A stretch of 63,963 nucleotides of DNA, counting the filler, from Barthelona sp. PAP020 (Eukaryota): NCBI GenBank assembly GCA_040182905.1. It is 4 parts of 4 records of this genome, joined end to end, with 100 filler letters (N's around TTAATTAATTAA, not from the genome) between each part and the next. Parts side by side here need not be neighbours in the genome. Positions count along the whole stretch, not along the records: positions 18,271 to 36,338 come from JARQWU010000231.1; 3 more parts are not named here. One strand, 5' to 3'. The notes beneath the pieces were generated by a model, which made no database searches, was not told where the DNA came from, and saw only the letters and a list, made by a program, of their open reading frames with translations. Each line of letters begins with the position of its first letter. The first letter of the stretch is position 1. A program made the position numbers and the translations under genes. Below are positions 23,478-33,062 of the stretch, one piece after another.

Positions 23478-23876
23478 TTCAATAACGTGCTATTATAAAA
23501 AATAATATGTTTATGATGGCTCGATTTGGTCAACAAAAAGTTGATGCAATTCAATTGATTTGAGTTGAAATTTTAATATGCTAATATTGATGATAATTCA
23601 AAAAAAATTTCAACATATAAATCATCAAAAGCAATTACAACCAATAAAACAGTGGATTTGTGGTAAAGGAAAGGGTAATTATTCTTAATTTTTGAATCTC
23701 AACGCGAAATCTTCAGACTTTGATTGATTGAATGAATTCCAAAGACTTTTAGATTTCTTCATTATTTCAGTAATCTATAACAAATCGTCAAACAGATGGA
23801 AAGAAATGTCCACTTTGTAAAATCGCATGAAAAAAATTAAAAATTGTGAAAAAAAAATCAACACACAATTTTTTAC

Positions 23877-25028
23877 ATGTCAGCTTCAATTACTCACAAA
23901 GTAACAATTCATGAACATGAAGAAGCAACATTTGCTGTTAGGTATTCACCAGATAGTTCATTTTTAGCTGCTAGTCAAGCTGATGGATATATTAATATTT
24001 ATCGAGGAACCAATGGACGTGAACTTTATTCTTTATATACAAATGCTGATTTACCTGTTGTTGCATTGAGGTGGAGACCAAACTTAAATGAAACAACAAG
24101 CAAAGCACCAAATTTACTGTTGTCGTCAAGTGCGAGTGGTGATGTTTCACTTTGGCACGTATCTTCAAAACAGACGTTATTCAATTTTGCTGATGAAAAC
24201 AATCAAGTTTTTTGCATGGATTATTCGAATGATGCATCTCGATTTGCAACCGCTGGTAAAGATTACAAGATACGTGTTTATGATGAACGCTCTAAACAAT
24301 TGGAACAAACCCTTTGCAAAGGCATTATTGATTCTCTTTCTGTGGGACATTCAAACCGTATCTTTTCTTTAAAATTCCATCCACAAGATCCAAATATCCT
24401 TGTTTCTGGTGGTTGGGATGATGTTGTATACGTTTGGGACTTACGTGTTGAAGAAAGTGTTGGAAGTGTTTTTGGCCCTCACATTTGTGGAGATTCAATT
24501 GATATTTCTGGTAATACAATGCTAACTGGTTCTTGGACTCACAGAAATCAAATTCAATTGTGGGATTTGAGAAATTTTTCTGAAATAAACAAATTTACTG
24601 TAGATGGTAACGAATATAAGGCTTGTAATGTTTACGCGGCTCAATTTTCAAAGGATCCAGCACAATCTTTGATTGCTGCTGGAGGTTCTGGTTATAATGG
24701 CATTAGGGTGTTTAACCGTCGTAATAAATTGGAGGAAATAGCTGATTTTCAATATGATAGTGGTGTGTATTCTTTAGATTTTTCTCCAGACGGGAGATCT
24801 CTAGCTGTTGGTACGTCTGATGGTTCAATTCATATGTACTCCATTCAAGGATTATTTAACAAGATGAACCAAACAGAAAATACAGTTTCAAATATAACTG
24901 GACCAACTATTTCGAAAACTAGACCTTCTTCTGCCAAATCTTCTTCTAGAAGGGGACCCCCAACAGAACATTTTGCTATAAATGAACCTAAGAGTCCAGG
25001 TGGTATGAAATGGAATGGTATTTTGTGA
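23877..25028 (+). CDS. WD40-repeat protein
   Basis: GHSNRIFSLKFHP...VSGGWDDVVYVWD; about 7 blades followed by an S/T-rich tail. Confidence 0.9.
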   Translation: MSASITHKVTIHEHEEATFAVRYSPDSSFLAASQADGYINIYRGTNGRELYSLYTNADLPVVALRWRPNLNETTSKAPNLLLSSSASGDVSLWHVSSKQTLFNFADENNQVFCMDYSNDASRFATAGKDYKIRVYDERSKQLEQTLCKGIIDSLSVGHSNRIFSLKFHPQDPNILVSGGWDDVVYVWDLRVEESVGSVFGPHICGDSIDISGNTMLTGSWTHRNQIQLWDLRNFSEINKFTVDGNEYKACNVYAAQFSKDPAQSLIAAGGSGYNGIRVFNRRNKLEEIADFQYDSGVYSLDFSPDGRSLAVGTSDGSIHMYSIQGLFNKMNQTENTVSNITGPTISKTRPSSAKSSSRRGPPTEHFAINEPKSPGGMKWNGIL

Positions 25029-25187
25029 ATTCCACTTCTTTATTAACTTTTAATATGTATAAAAACAAGTGACAATGTGAATTTTTTTTTTTCAAAAATT
25101 TTTTGTCAATGTTTTGTGACTACTTTTACTGAAGTTCACAAGATAACCATCAAAAGATATTTTGAATTAACTTTGTTTGAAAAAAAA

Positions 25188-25604
25188 AAATGAAGGTTGT
25201 TCAGAGGTCTATTGTTTTCGCCGAATTGGAAATTTCTGATTCTTCTTTTTTTCTAATGAGGAACTTTTCATAACATGCCTCCCTTATTCACCCCCTTACT
25301 TCCAAATTTTTGAGATCTAACACTGTAAACACACAAATACTTGCTTTATTTGATAAAATTCAAGGGCGAATCTGAGGTTAGGGCTCTTTCTGGCAATTAA
25401 TGGTCCAATTTTGCACATCGCACACCAGTAATTGCTCTCCTATAACAGCCTATGAAAGAGTAGGGCTCATAAAAGAATAAATCCTCTCAAAACCCACTCA
25501 TTGAAAAGAAAAAATATTGTGATTTGTTATTTATTAATCCAGAAGATCTCCAGTCTCAAATTCTAAAAGTTCCAAAAAAGGTTTACATGAAAAGAAAAAA
25601 AAAA
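25188..25604 (+). repeat. Dispersed repeat family B copy (~410 bp, A-rich end)
   Basis: Colinear with 39496-39899; shared core gctctcctannnnagcctatgaaagagtagg. Confidence 0.8.
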
Positions 25605-25629
25605 CACATTATCTACATAATTGTTCAAT

Positions 25630-26199
25630 TCAAAAATCATCTAATTCTTCTTTCAGATCACGATTACCTTGCTTCTTTTTATTCACACTTTTCTTTTGAA
25701 ACATTTGATACAATCTGTTGTTGCTTTGACTAATTTTTCCAACATCTTTAGTTAAAGGACTTGAAAAATAATTTGAATTCAAACTATGTTGATTCTCTTC
25801 ATCTAATGTAGATTTTCTTTTTTTGGGACTATTAAATTGAAAAACATTTTCTTTTCCAACAAAATTTTCAAGATATCTAACACTTGATAATTTCGCAAAA
25901 GGATCTTTCAAATTTGTTTTATTATTATTGATTTTTTCCGATTTTTGTTGTGTAGACGTTGAAATAAATTCAAACAATGCTTTTCCTTTCAATTCTTCAA
26001 CTTTTTTGTTCGTTTGTTTGTTTCTTTTGTATTGTTTTCGTGGTTTCGCTTCCCCATACAAAATTTTACTTGCTTGAGATGGGGAAATTCCGTTTTGCAA
26101 CAATGTTTCAAAAGCTCTTTCTGGTTCCACTTTTTGAATCATTGACCATAAATCATTTTTTGAAATATTCGTATCCTTATTCAAAGTTGCTTTGTTCAT
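25630..26199 (-). CDS. Hypothetical basic protein
   Basis: About 189-aa K-rich ORF, ATG at 26199, with NLS-like SPKKRK. Confidence 0.6.
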   Translation of the reverse strand: MNKATLNKDTNISKNDLWSMIQKVEPERAFETLLQNGISPSQASKILYGEAKPRKQYKRNKQTNKKVEELKGKALFEFISTSTQQKSEKINNNKTNLKDPFAKLSSVRYLENFVGKENVFQFNSPKKRKSTLDEENQHSLNSNYFSSPLTKDVGKISQSNNRLYQMFQKKSVNKKKQGNRDLKEELDDF

Positions 26200-26504
26200 C
26201 AAAAGTAAAATAAAGAAATTTGAACATCCAAAAAAAAAGCGGCAAATTCATCTTTTTTATTGCAAATTATAAAGCTCGTTTTTCTCAAAGTATAAACAAA
26301 CAAAATCTTTTGATAAGAATAGAAAAAGAAGATAAAAATAACAAAGTGTTCAAATCAATAAACAAATATGAACCAGTCTCCATCTAAAAAAAAGAAATTA
26401 AATCAGATTTACTTCAACTTTTCAAAAATAGCATTCATCGATTGATTTGAAAATTTTGATAAAAGAATGAGAAATCAAATTGAAGTGCAAAATGCAAATA
26501 TGAT

Positions 26505-28829
26505 TTATTGATTCTCACACATCCCTTTATTTGGACAATCATCAACAATATATTCATGAATAAATGAAGATTTAAATGAATTGCCTCCGCACAACAAACG
26601 AGTTCCATCAACGTACAAAGCCATAACACAAATTTCAAATGAAACATATACTTTTTGCAATATTTCACCAGTTTCCTTCTTTGTCACAGCGAAAAATTTA
26701 TCTCGGGAGCAAGAATAAATCAATGAACCATCATGTGAAAAAACAATGGAAAAGATTCCATCTTCATGAACAGAATATCTGCCCAATAGCCTTTTATTTT
26801 CAACACTGAAAATTCTAATCACACCAAAACTATCACCAGTTGCCCAATCAGCACCATCAGGTGAAAAATTACCAGAAAGCACCCCACAATTATCATGACT
26901 CCACTGATGAAGTTGTTCATATGTCTGCATTGAAAACAGCTTTGAATAACCATCATTGCTTACTGAAACAAAATGCTTCATATCAGGGCTAATTCGAACA
27001 GACCGTACATATGCTGAATGAGCTCGTGATTCGTACAACTTCTGGCCTTCGACAGTATATATGGCAACATAACCATCCCACATGCCAAAAGAAAGCAATT
27101 TTCCGTCCGGTGAGAACCACACACGTTTAACATCCTTGGCTATATCCTTGATTACTCTTACTGTTCTCCAAGTATCAACCTCAATGATATGAATTGCTGG
27201 ACCATCACCACCAACCACCAACAATTTGGAATTTGGACTAAAATTGAGACCCATTGCCTTTAAATACCTCTTTTCATGAATAATTTCATGTGTTTCAGTG
27301 TTATAAACTCTTAACAATTGGTTATTATATCCAGCAACTGCAAAAAACCGTCCATCCGAACTGTAATCTAATGTGTAAACAACAAAACCTTGCAAAGAAC
27401 ATGAAAAATGTGGTGTTTCGGCAAATGTTTCAATGACTTCAAAGATTTTATTAGCTTCAATAATTTGAGTTTCTTCATAACCATTCATAGATTCACCAAA
27501 TAAAGAGCTTGGCTCTTGATTTTCATCCATACGAAAATTTTTAGCTTCAAGAAGATCATCTAATCTGTCTTCAAGCTCCATTTTTTCATTTTCTAAATTT
27601 TTAAACCGCTTTTTTAACATTATTTCACTGTCTTTTAACCTTTTAATTTCTTCCAATAATTTTTCTTTTTCATTCAAAAAATGCTCACTAGGCAATTTTT
27701 TCAATTGTTGAGTTGAAAGACCAAGTTGTTCTTTTGTCTCTTTCAATTCTTCTTTCAAATTTTTAATGATTTCTTCGTAAATCTCAAATTTTTTTTGAGA
27801 ATCTTCAGTAAATTGTTTCATTTCTTCTTCTAATTCATTGATTTTTCTTATCAACCGCTTATCATCAAATCCCAAACCTTCAAAACGCTCAATCAGCATC
27901 TGCAAATACTCAGTGATCTCACCAAACGTTGGCCTACATTCTGCCTCAACAGTCAAACACCTCTTGATGATTCCAAACCCAGGTATTGTATCCAACAATT
28001 CCTTGCTATACGGAAGTTGTCCCTTACCCAATTTAAAAATTACTTTCAACTCACTCAACCCTTCAAAAGGAACAAAACCAGACACTACCTGAGCCAACAT
28101 GACACCAAAGGACCAAGCATCAACAGCAGTTCCTATTATGTTCTCCTCTTCATTGGCCAACTCAGGAGCAGCATATCTTGCCGCACCCATCATAGAATTG
28201 GCCGAACTCCTGCTTGCATCACGAACAAGCCCAAAATCAGCAATTGCAGGTGTATACAACCCATCTACTCCACGTCTCAACAACACATTGTTTGGCTTAA
28301 GATCCCTATGCATAATGCCTTTCTCATGGCAAAACTCAAGGGCAGACGAAACTTGCATCATGATAACCAACTTCTCCTTCAAAGACAATTCTGGTATCAT
28401 ATCTTCAAGAACAGCATCACAATACTCCATCACAACACCCTTTTTATACTCAATCTCGGTCACTCCAAAGACTTGTCGAATGAATGGGTGATCTAAAACC
28501 ATTGGAAAACATTCTCTAGTAAGCTCATTAGGATCAATTTTGTCAACAAAAACTTTAACAACAACCATCTTTCCATGTCTTTTGGCAATATGTAAAAGCC
28601 CAAATCCACCTATTTTGAAATCTCTTTCAACAATTTCAATTTCATTTCCAGGAATATTAATGCTATTCGATTTCACAAATTTTTCCAATGTTTCAAAACA
28701 ACTCTCGTGCAATTCTTCTTCTTCAACAACCGTTGTAATCTTATTAAAATTAAGATAGAATTCACGTGAACCTTGGATTTCTCTGAAGGAAAACATGAAA
28801 GAAACACAACTGAAAACAAAGATTTTCAA
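26505..28829 (-). CDS. TKL-like Ser/Thr kinase + coiled coil + WD40 propeller
   Basis: IGGFG, VVVK, HRDLKPNN, DFG and APE present, then a heptad region and WD40 repeats. Start uncertain because the ORF track begins at TTG. Confidence 0.9.
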   Translation of the reverse strand: MKIFVFSCVSFMFSFREIQGSREFYLNFNKITTVVEEEELHESCFETLEKFVKSNSINIPGNEIEIVERDFKIGGFGLLHIAKRHGKMVVVKVFVDKIDPNELTRECFPMVLDHPFIRQVFGVTEIEYKKGVVMEYCDAVLEDMIPELSLKEKLVIMMQVSSALEFCHEKGIMHRDLKPNNVLLRRGVDGLYTPAIADFGLVRDASRSSANSMMGAARYAAPELANEEENIIGTAVDAWSFGVMLAQVVSGFVPFEGLSELKVIFKLGKGQLPYSKELLDTIPGFGIIKRCLTVEAECRPTFGEITEYLQMLIERFEGLGFDDKRLIRKINELEEEMKQFTEDSQKKFEIYEEIIKNLKEELKETKEQLGLSTQQLKKLPSEHFLNEKEKLLEEIKRLKDSEIMLKKRFKNLENEKMELEDRLDDLLEAKNFRMDENQEPSSLFGESMNGYEETQIIEANKIFEVIETFAETPHFSCSLQGFVVYTLDYSSDGRFFAVAGYNNQLLRVYNTETHEIIHEKRYLKAMGLNFSPNSKLLVVGGDGPAIHIIEVDTWRTVRVIKDIAKDVKRVWFSPDGKLLSFGMWDGYVAIYTVEGQKLYESRAHSAYVRSVRISPDMKHFVSVSNDGYSKLFSMQTYEQLHQWSHDNCGVLSGNFSPDGADWATGDSFGVIRIFSVENKRLLGRYSVHEDGIFSIVFSHDGSLIYSCSRDKFFAVTKKETGEILQKVYVSFEICVMALYVDGTRLLCGGNSFKSSFIHEYIVDDCPNKGMCENQ

Positions 28830-29328
28830 TTTCTTTTTTAGCTTTTCACCATTCCTATTAAAAAGTTTCGCACCATAAATTTAGACCACTTTTAATCTTT
28901 TACAATCTGTTTCAAGCATATTAAGTGCATTTATTGGTGCTTAAAGATATTTGACAGTTTTTCAACTGTAAGCAATTCTCAAATTGATAAAGAAAATATA
29001 CCGCCAATAGATTTTATCAAGTAAAAAAAGGTAACTTTACTTTATTCATTTCCTGAACAAACCATTTTTGATGACATTCCTGAATTAAGTAAAATGCAGG
29101 ATACTTAATGATAAATCAAAAATAGTAAAACATGAATTTAATGATAGTTATTTGATGGGAGCTACTGTTCCTCCAAATCCAAATTCATTGACTTATGGAA
29201 AAATAGAAAAGGTTTAGAACATTTTTACCATTTAACTATTGATCAGTAAATCAATATGTGAAAAGTTACCTTTTTTCAATATGATGAAAAGAACAAATTC
29301 AGTTCTGACTTCTCAAACAAAAATGAGC

Positions 29329-32300
29329 CTAATTTTTTACACAAGGAGTACTAAACTCAAGGATATTACCAATAGATAATTTGGAAGTGTTTGAACCTGT
29401 ATAACTAGTCTTTTGATGATTGACTGGAGTATTAAAAAAGGGACTTCGTTTTACAATGGCATCATCAAGAATTTGCATTGATTTTCTTTGTAATTGTTCA
29501 TTCTCTTTTTGGAGAATTTGAAAATTATTGTTAACATTTGTCAGTTCAACATTTTTTTCTTGAATTATAAATTTTTGTTGTTTGTAGCCCTTTTTCAGCT
29601 TATCATACTTGATTTTTAGCATTTCAAAATCGTTTTGCTGGTTTAAATACTTATTTGTTGTTTCTTTCAATTCATCTTCCATTTTAACATGTTTTACTTG
29701 ATCCAGATCATTCTTTTCAATAATTTCTTCAATCTTTCTTTCATAATCCCTGTGTAACTGTTTGTCCTTTGAATTTTCTTCCTCCAAATTGTTCAACATA
29801 TCTTTCATTCTAATTAAATCTTTCTTTTTATCATTCAAACTACCATTCAATTGTTCAATATGGTGGTTTAAATCATCATTACTCAATTGTTTTGCCATAA
29901 TATCTTCTTCATACATTTGAATCTGATAATTCAACAGTTCAACTCTTTGACTCAAAGTTTGAATTTCCATATCTTTTTTGAACGAAAGCATATCAGTGTC
30001 TTTTAACTTATTCATAGCGCTTTCCAATTCTTTTTGTGAAGATTGCTTTTTAGTTTCTACAATCTTTAAAAGTCTAGTGATTTCTCGATTTTCAGCTTGA
30101 TTCAATGATAATTGTCTTTGTACATTTGATAACTCGTTAAATATTTCATTGTATTCTTCTTTTTTTCTACTAATTTGTTGATTCAAAGCATTAACTTTTT
30201 CCTGTGCAATCATTTGCTCAAAAGAATGTCTTCTTCTTTCAATCTCAATTTCCTTTTCTTTTTGAGCATAAATTTTTGAAATGTCATGTGCATTCAACTT
30301 TTCCAAATACAAATCCTTCTCCAATACATCATTTTTTGATATTTCAGTTTCAAATTCATTCGATAAAAAAACTACCTGTGATTCAGCCATTCTTGAACGG
30401 GTTTCTGCAATTTTGTTCAAATATATTTGTTGGTCAAGTTCATTAGCGAGAAAACCAATCTGTGCTTCAGTCTGTTTCTTTAAAAAATCATATTTCTGCC
30501 TATCTTCATTGATTCCACTGTCAAATTGTTCCTTTACCATCTTATTCTTGATTTTTTCATCATTCAATTGACCTTCCAAATCATTGACATTATTGTTATG
30601 CCTCAATTGTTCGTTCATTAATCTGTTCGATAGATTTTCAATCTCATTCTTATGATAGTCTTGGAATTTGAGATGTGTTTCAATTTCTTCATCTAATTCT
30701 TGATCTAAGAAACGGTTTTGAGAAGTCAAACGTTCATTGTTTTCAATTTCTCTTTCAACTTCATTAGATAGGAAATTCATTTGAGCATCAGTTTGTTTCT
30801 TTAATTTATCAAACTTGGTTCTTGCTAAATCTAACTTGTTGTTGAGATTTTCAGCTTCTTGCTCATGTCTGTATCTTTCATCATTCAATTGACCTTCTAA
30901 ATCATTGACATTATTGTTATGCCTCAATTGTTCGTTCATTAATCTGTTCGATAGATTTTCAATCTCATTCTTATGATAGTCTTGGAATTTGAGATGTGTT
31001 TCAATTTCTTCATCTAATTCTTGATCTAAGAAACGGTTTTGAGAAGTCAAACGTTCATTGTTTTCAATTTCTCTTTCAACTTCATTAGATAGGAAATTCA
31101 TTTGAGCATCAGTTTGTTTCTTTAATTTATCAAACTTGGTTCTTGCTAAATCTAACTTGTTGTTGAGATTTTCAGCTTCTTGCTCATGTCTGTATCTTTC
31201 ATCATTCAATTGACCTTCTAAATCATTGACATTATTGTTATGCCTCAATTGTTCGTTCATTAATCTGTTCGATAGATTTTCAATCTCATTCTTATGATAG
31301 TCTCGTAAATTCATCAATTCTACTTTTAGTTCTTCTATTTGAGCATCTTTGGCATCCAATTGCCTCTTTAGTTGGTTGTTTTCATTCTGTATTTCTAATT
31401 TACTAGCTTTCATTTCATTTACTTCATCATCCATCGAAATCAACTGATTTTGGGCGGCCATTAGGTCTTTCCTATAAGAATTGACACTGCTCTTTAAAGA
31501 CAACTCAATAGCTTCCAACTGATCAAACTCATGATTTTTAACTCTTAAAGCATGACTAAGCTCTTCATTTCTTCTTGATAATTCTAAAAACTTTCGGTCA
31601 AAATCTTCCCCGTCACTAAGCAATCTCAATTCAATCTTCTCAATGGTTTGCAATCTATCTTCTGCCAAATGCTTTGATTGTTCATACAATTTCTGAAAAT
31701 GTTCTTTGCCCTTTTTGTATCTGAACAGGTCACTCCGCAGTTTTGTCATCAAATCACTTTCATCAACAACCTCATTCATAACTACCTTATTACTTACTCT
31801 TGATGCTTTCAATCCAAATCTCATGGTAGACACAGTTTCTTCAATAAATTTCCCAGAAGGAGTAACACAACAAATGATAACAGTATTTGAATTGCCTCCC
31901 AATGCATTTTGCAAAATTCGAGTCAATTTAGAATTACGATAACTAACGTGCTTTTGATAATTCCCATTTTCTTCTCTTTTCACCAATTCTTGTATTACAT
32001 TTCCAAGATATAATAAAGAACGGTTAATACTAGAACCTTCAAGCAGTCGTACACCCTCTGCTTTTGTTTGTGCAATACGTTCAGAACCAGCTAAATCAAC
32101 AAGATTCAAATTTGCCTCTCTAACAAGTTCAAATTGTTCATCTCCCTCACCACAAACTTCTTTAGAAGAAATATGAATGGTAAATATGGTATGGGATCTG
32201 GATGACTCATCATTAATTCCAGTAGCATGAGTTTGTCTCTGAAGCTGTCCTAAATTCAAAATTTCAATCACATCTGCAGGATTTTCAACCTTAACACTCT

Positions 32301-32811
32301 TGATACCCTCTAAAAATACACCAATTCCCACTTTTTCTCTAATAATCGGAATATTACTTGGATCTAACAAGTCAGTTAATTTCTCCATATATATTTCCAA
32401 ATATGACACTTCACAATGAAATTCTCTTTGTGGATACTTTTCCATTAAATTGAATAAGTGATGAATAGATAATGGCAAAATACCTTTGTCCTCTTCAATT
32501 CCACTCATTGTATATGTTTTACCACTAGATGTTTGTCCATATGCAAAAATCGTCCCATGATATCCTTCAACTGCTTGATCTATAATTGGCGATGCAACAT
32601 TATGATAAATTTCTGTATTTGTTGTATCTGGACCAAACACATAATCAAAAATAAATTCTCTGTCATTAGTTAAATGAGCTGGTTGATTCTTTGAAAGATT
32701 ATTTAAATTAATAACATTTTCATGAAGAGTTAAAGCAAAATCATGGTTTTGATTCACTTCAAAAGTCGATAACGGTCGTACTCTTACTGCAACATTAATT
32801 TTTGGACACAT
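29329..32811 (-). CDS. N-terminal-motor kinesin (kinesin-7/CENP-E-like) with long coiled coil
   Basis: VAVRVRP, FAYGQTSSGKT, SSRSH, LVDLAGSE, HVSYRNSKLTRILQ; ATG at 32811. Confidence 0.93.
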   Translation of the reverse strand: MCPKINVAVRVRPLSTFEVNQNHDFALTLHENVINLNNLSKNQPAHLTNDREFIFDYVFGPDTTNTEIYHNVASPIIDQAVEGYHGTIFAYGQTSSGKTYTMSGIEEDKGILPLSIHHLFNLMEKYPQREFHCEVSYLEIYMEKLTDLLDPSNIPIIREKVGIGVFLEGIKSVKVENPADVIEILNLGQLQRQTHATGINDESSRSHTIFTIHISSKEVCGEGDEQFELVREANLNLVDLAGSERIAQTKAEGVRLLEGSSINRSLLYLGNVIQELVKREENGNYQKHVSYRNSKLTRILQNALGGNSNTVIICCVTPSGKFIEETVSTMRFGLKASRVSNKVVMNEVVDESDLMTKLRSDLFRYKKGKEHFQKLYEQSKHLAEDRLQTIEKIELRLLSDGEDFDRKFLELSRRNEELSHALRVKNHEFDQLEAIELSLKSSVNSYRKDLMAAQNQLISMDDEVNEMKASKLEIQNENNQLKRQLDAKDAQIEELKVELMNLRDYHKNEIENLSNRLMNEQLRHNNNVNDLEGQLNDERYRHEQEAENLNNKLDLARTKFDKLKKQTDAQMNFLSNEVEREIENNERLTSQNRFLDQELDEEIETHLKFQDYHKNEIENLSNRLMNEQLRHNNNVNDLEGQLNDERYRHEQEAENLNNKLDLARTKFDKLKKQTDAQMNFLSNEVEREIENNERLTSQNRFLDQELDEEIETHLKFQDYHKNEIENLSNRLMNEQLRHNNNVNDLEGQLNDEKIKNKMVKEQFDSGINEDRQKYDFLKKQTEAQIGFLANELDQQIYLNKIAETRSRMAESQVVFLSNEFETEISKNDVLEKDLYLEKLNAHDISKIYAQKEKEIEIERRRHSFEQMIAQEKVNALNQQISRKKEEYNEIFNELSNVQRQLSLNQAENREITRLLKIVETKKQSSQKELESAMNKLKDTDMLSFKKDMEIQTLSQRVELLNYQIQMYEEDIMAKQLSNDDLNHHIEQLNGSLNDKKKDLIRMKDMLNNLEEENSKDKQLHRDYERKIEEIIEKNDLDQVKHVKMEDELKETTNKYLNQQNDFEMLKIKYDKLKKGYKQQKFIIQEKNVELTNVNNNFQILQKENEQLQRKSMQILDDAIVKRSPFFNTPVNHQKTSYTGSNTSKLSIGNILEFSTPCVKN
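30556..31302. repeat. 321-bp in-frame tandem repeat (~2.3 copies) in the kinesin stalk
   Basis: tatgatagtc ends at 30660, 30981 and 31302; the two full copies look identical. Confidence 0.95.
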
Positions 32812-33062
32812 TGAAGCAAAAAAAAGTTCGATTGACGCCAAATTTTTTTTGCTTTTTTATGAAATGATAATTTCTTAAGTTGTCTATATAAAACATTTCG
32901 AATAATTTCATATATTTATTGTTTTAAAAATGCAGGTAAAAAAAAAATTCCAAAAAAAATGAAAGTAATAAATTTTTCTTTCCAAACAAAAACAAAATGA
33001 ATGACACTCATTATTTATAAAATTACTTGTTTCTTTCTGTATGCAGTAATTTGTTTACAATT

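Noticed and set aside
28879..28884. TAA/TAG-to-Gln genetic code reassignment suggested by an in-frame TAA
   Set aside because: Multi-kb AT-rich ORFs lack internal TAA/TAG, and conserved genes end at TAA, TAG or TGA at plausible positions.
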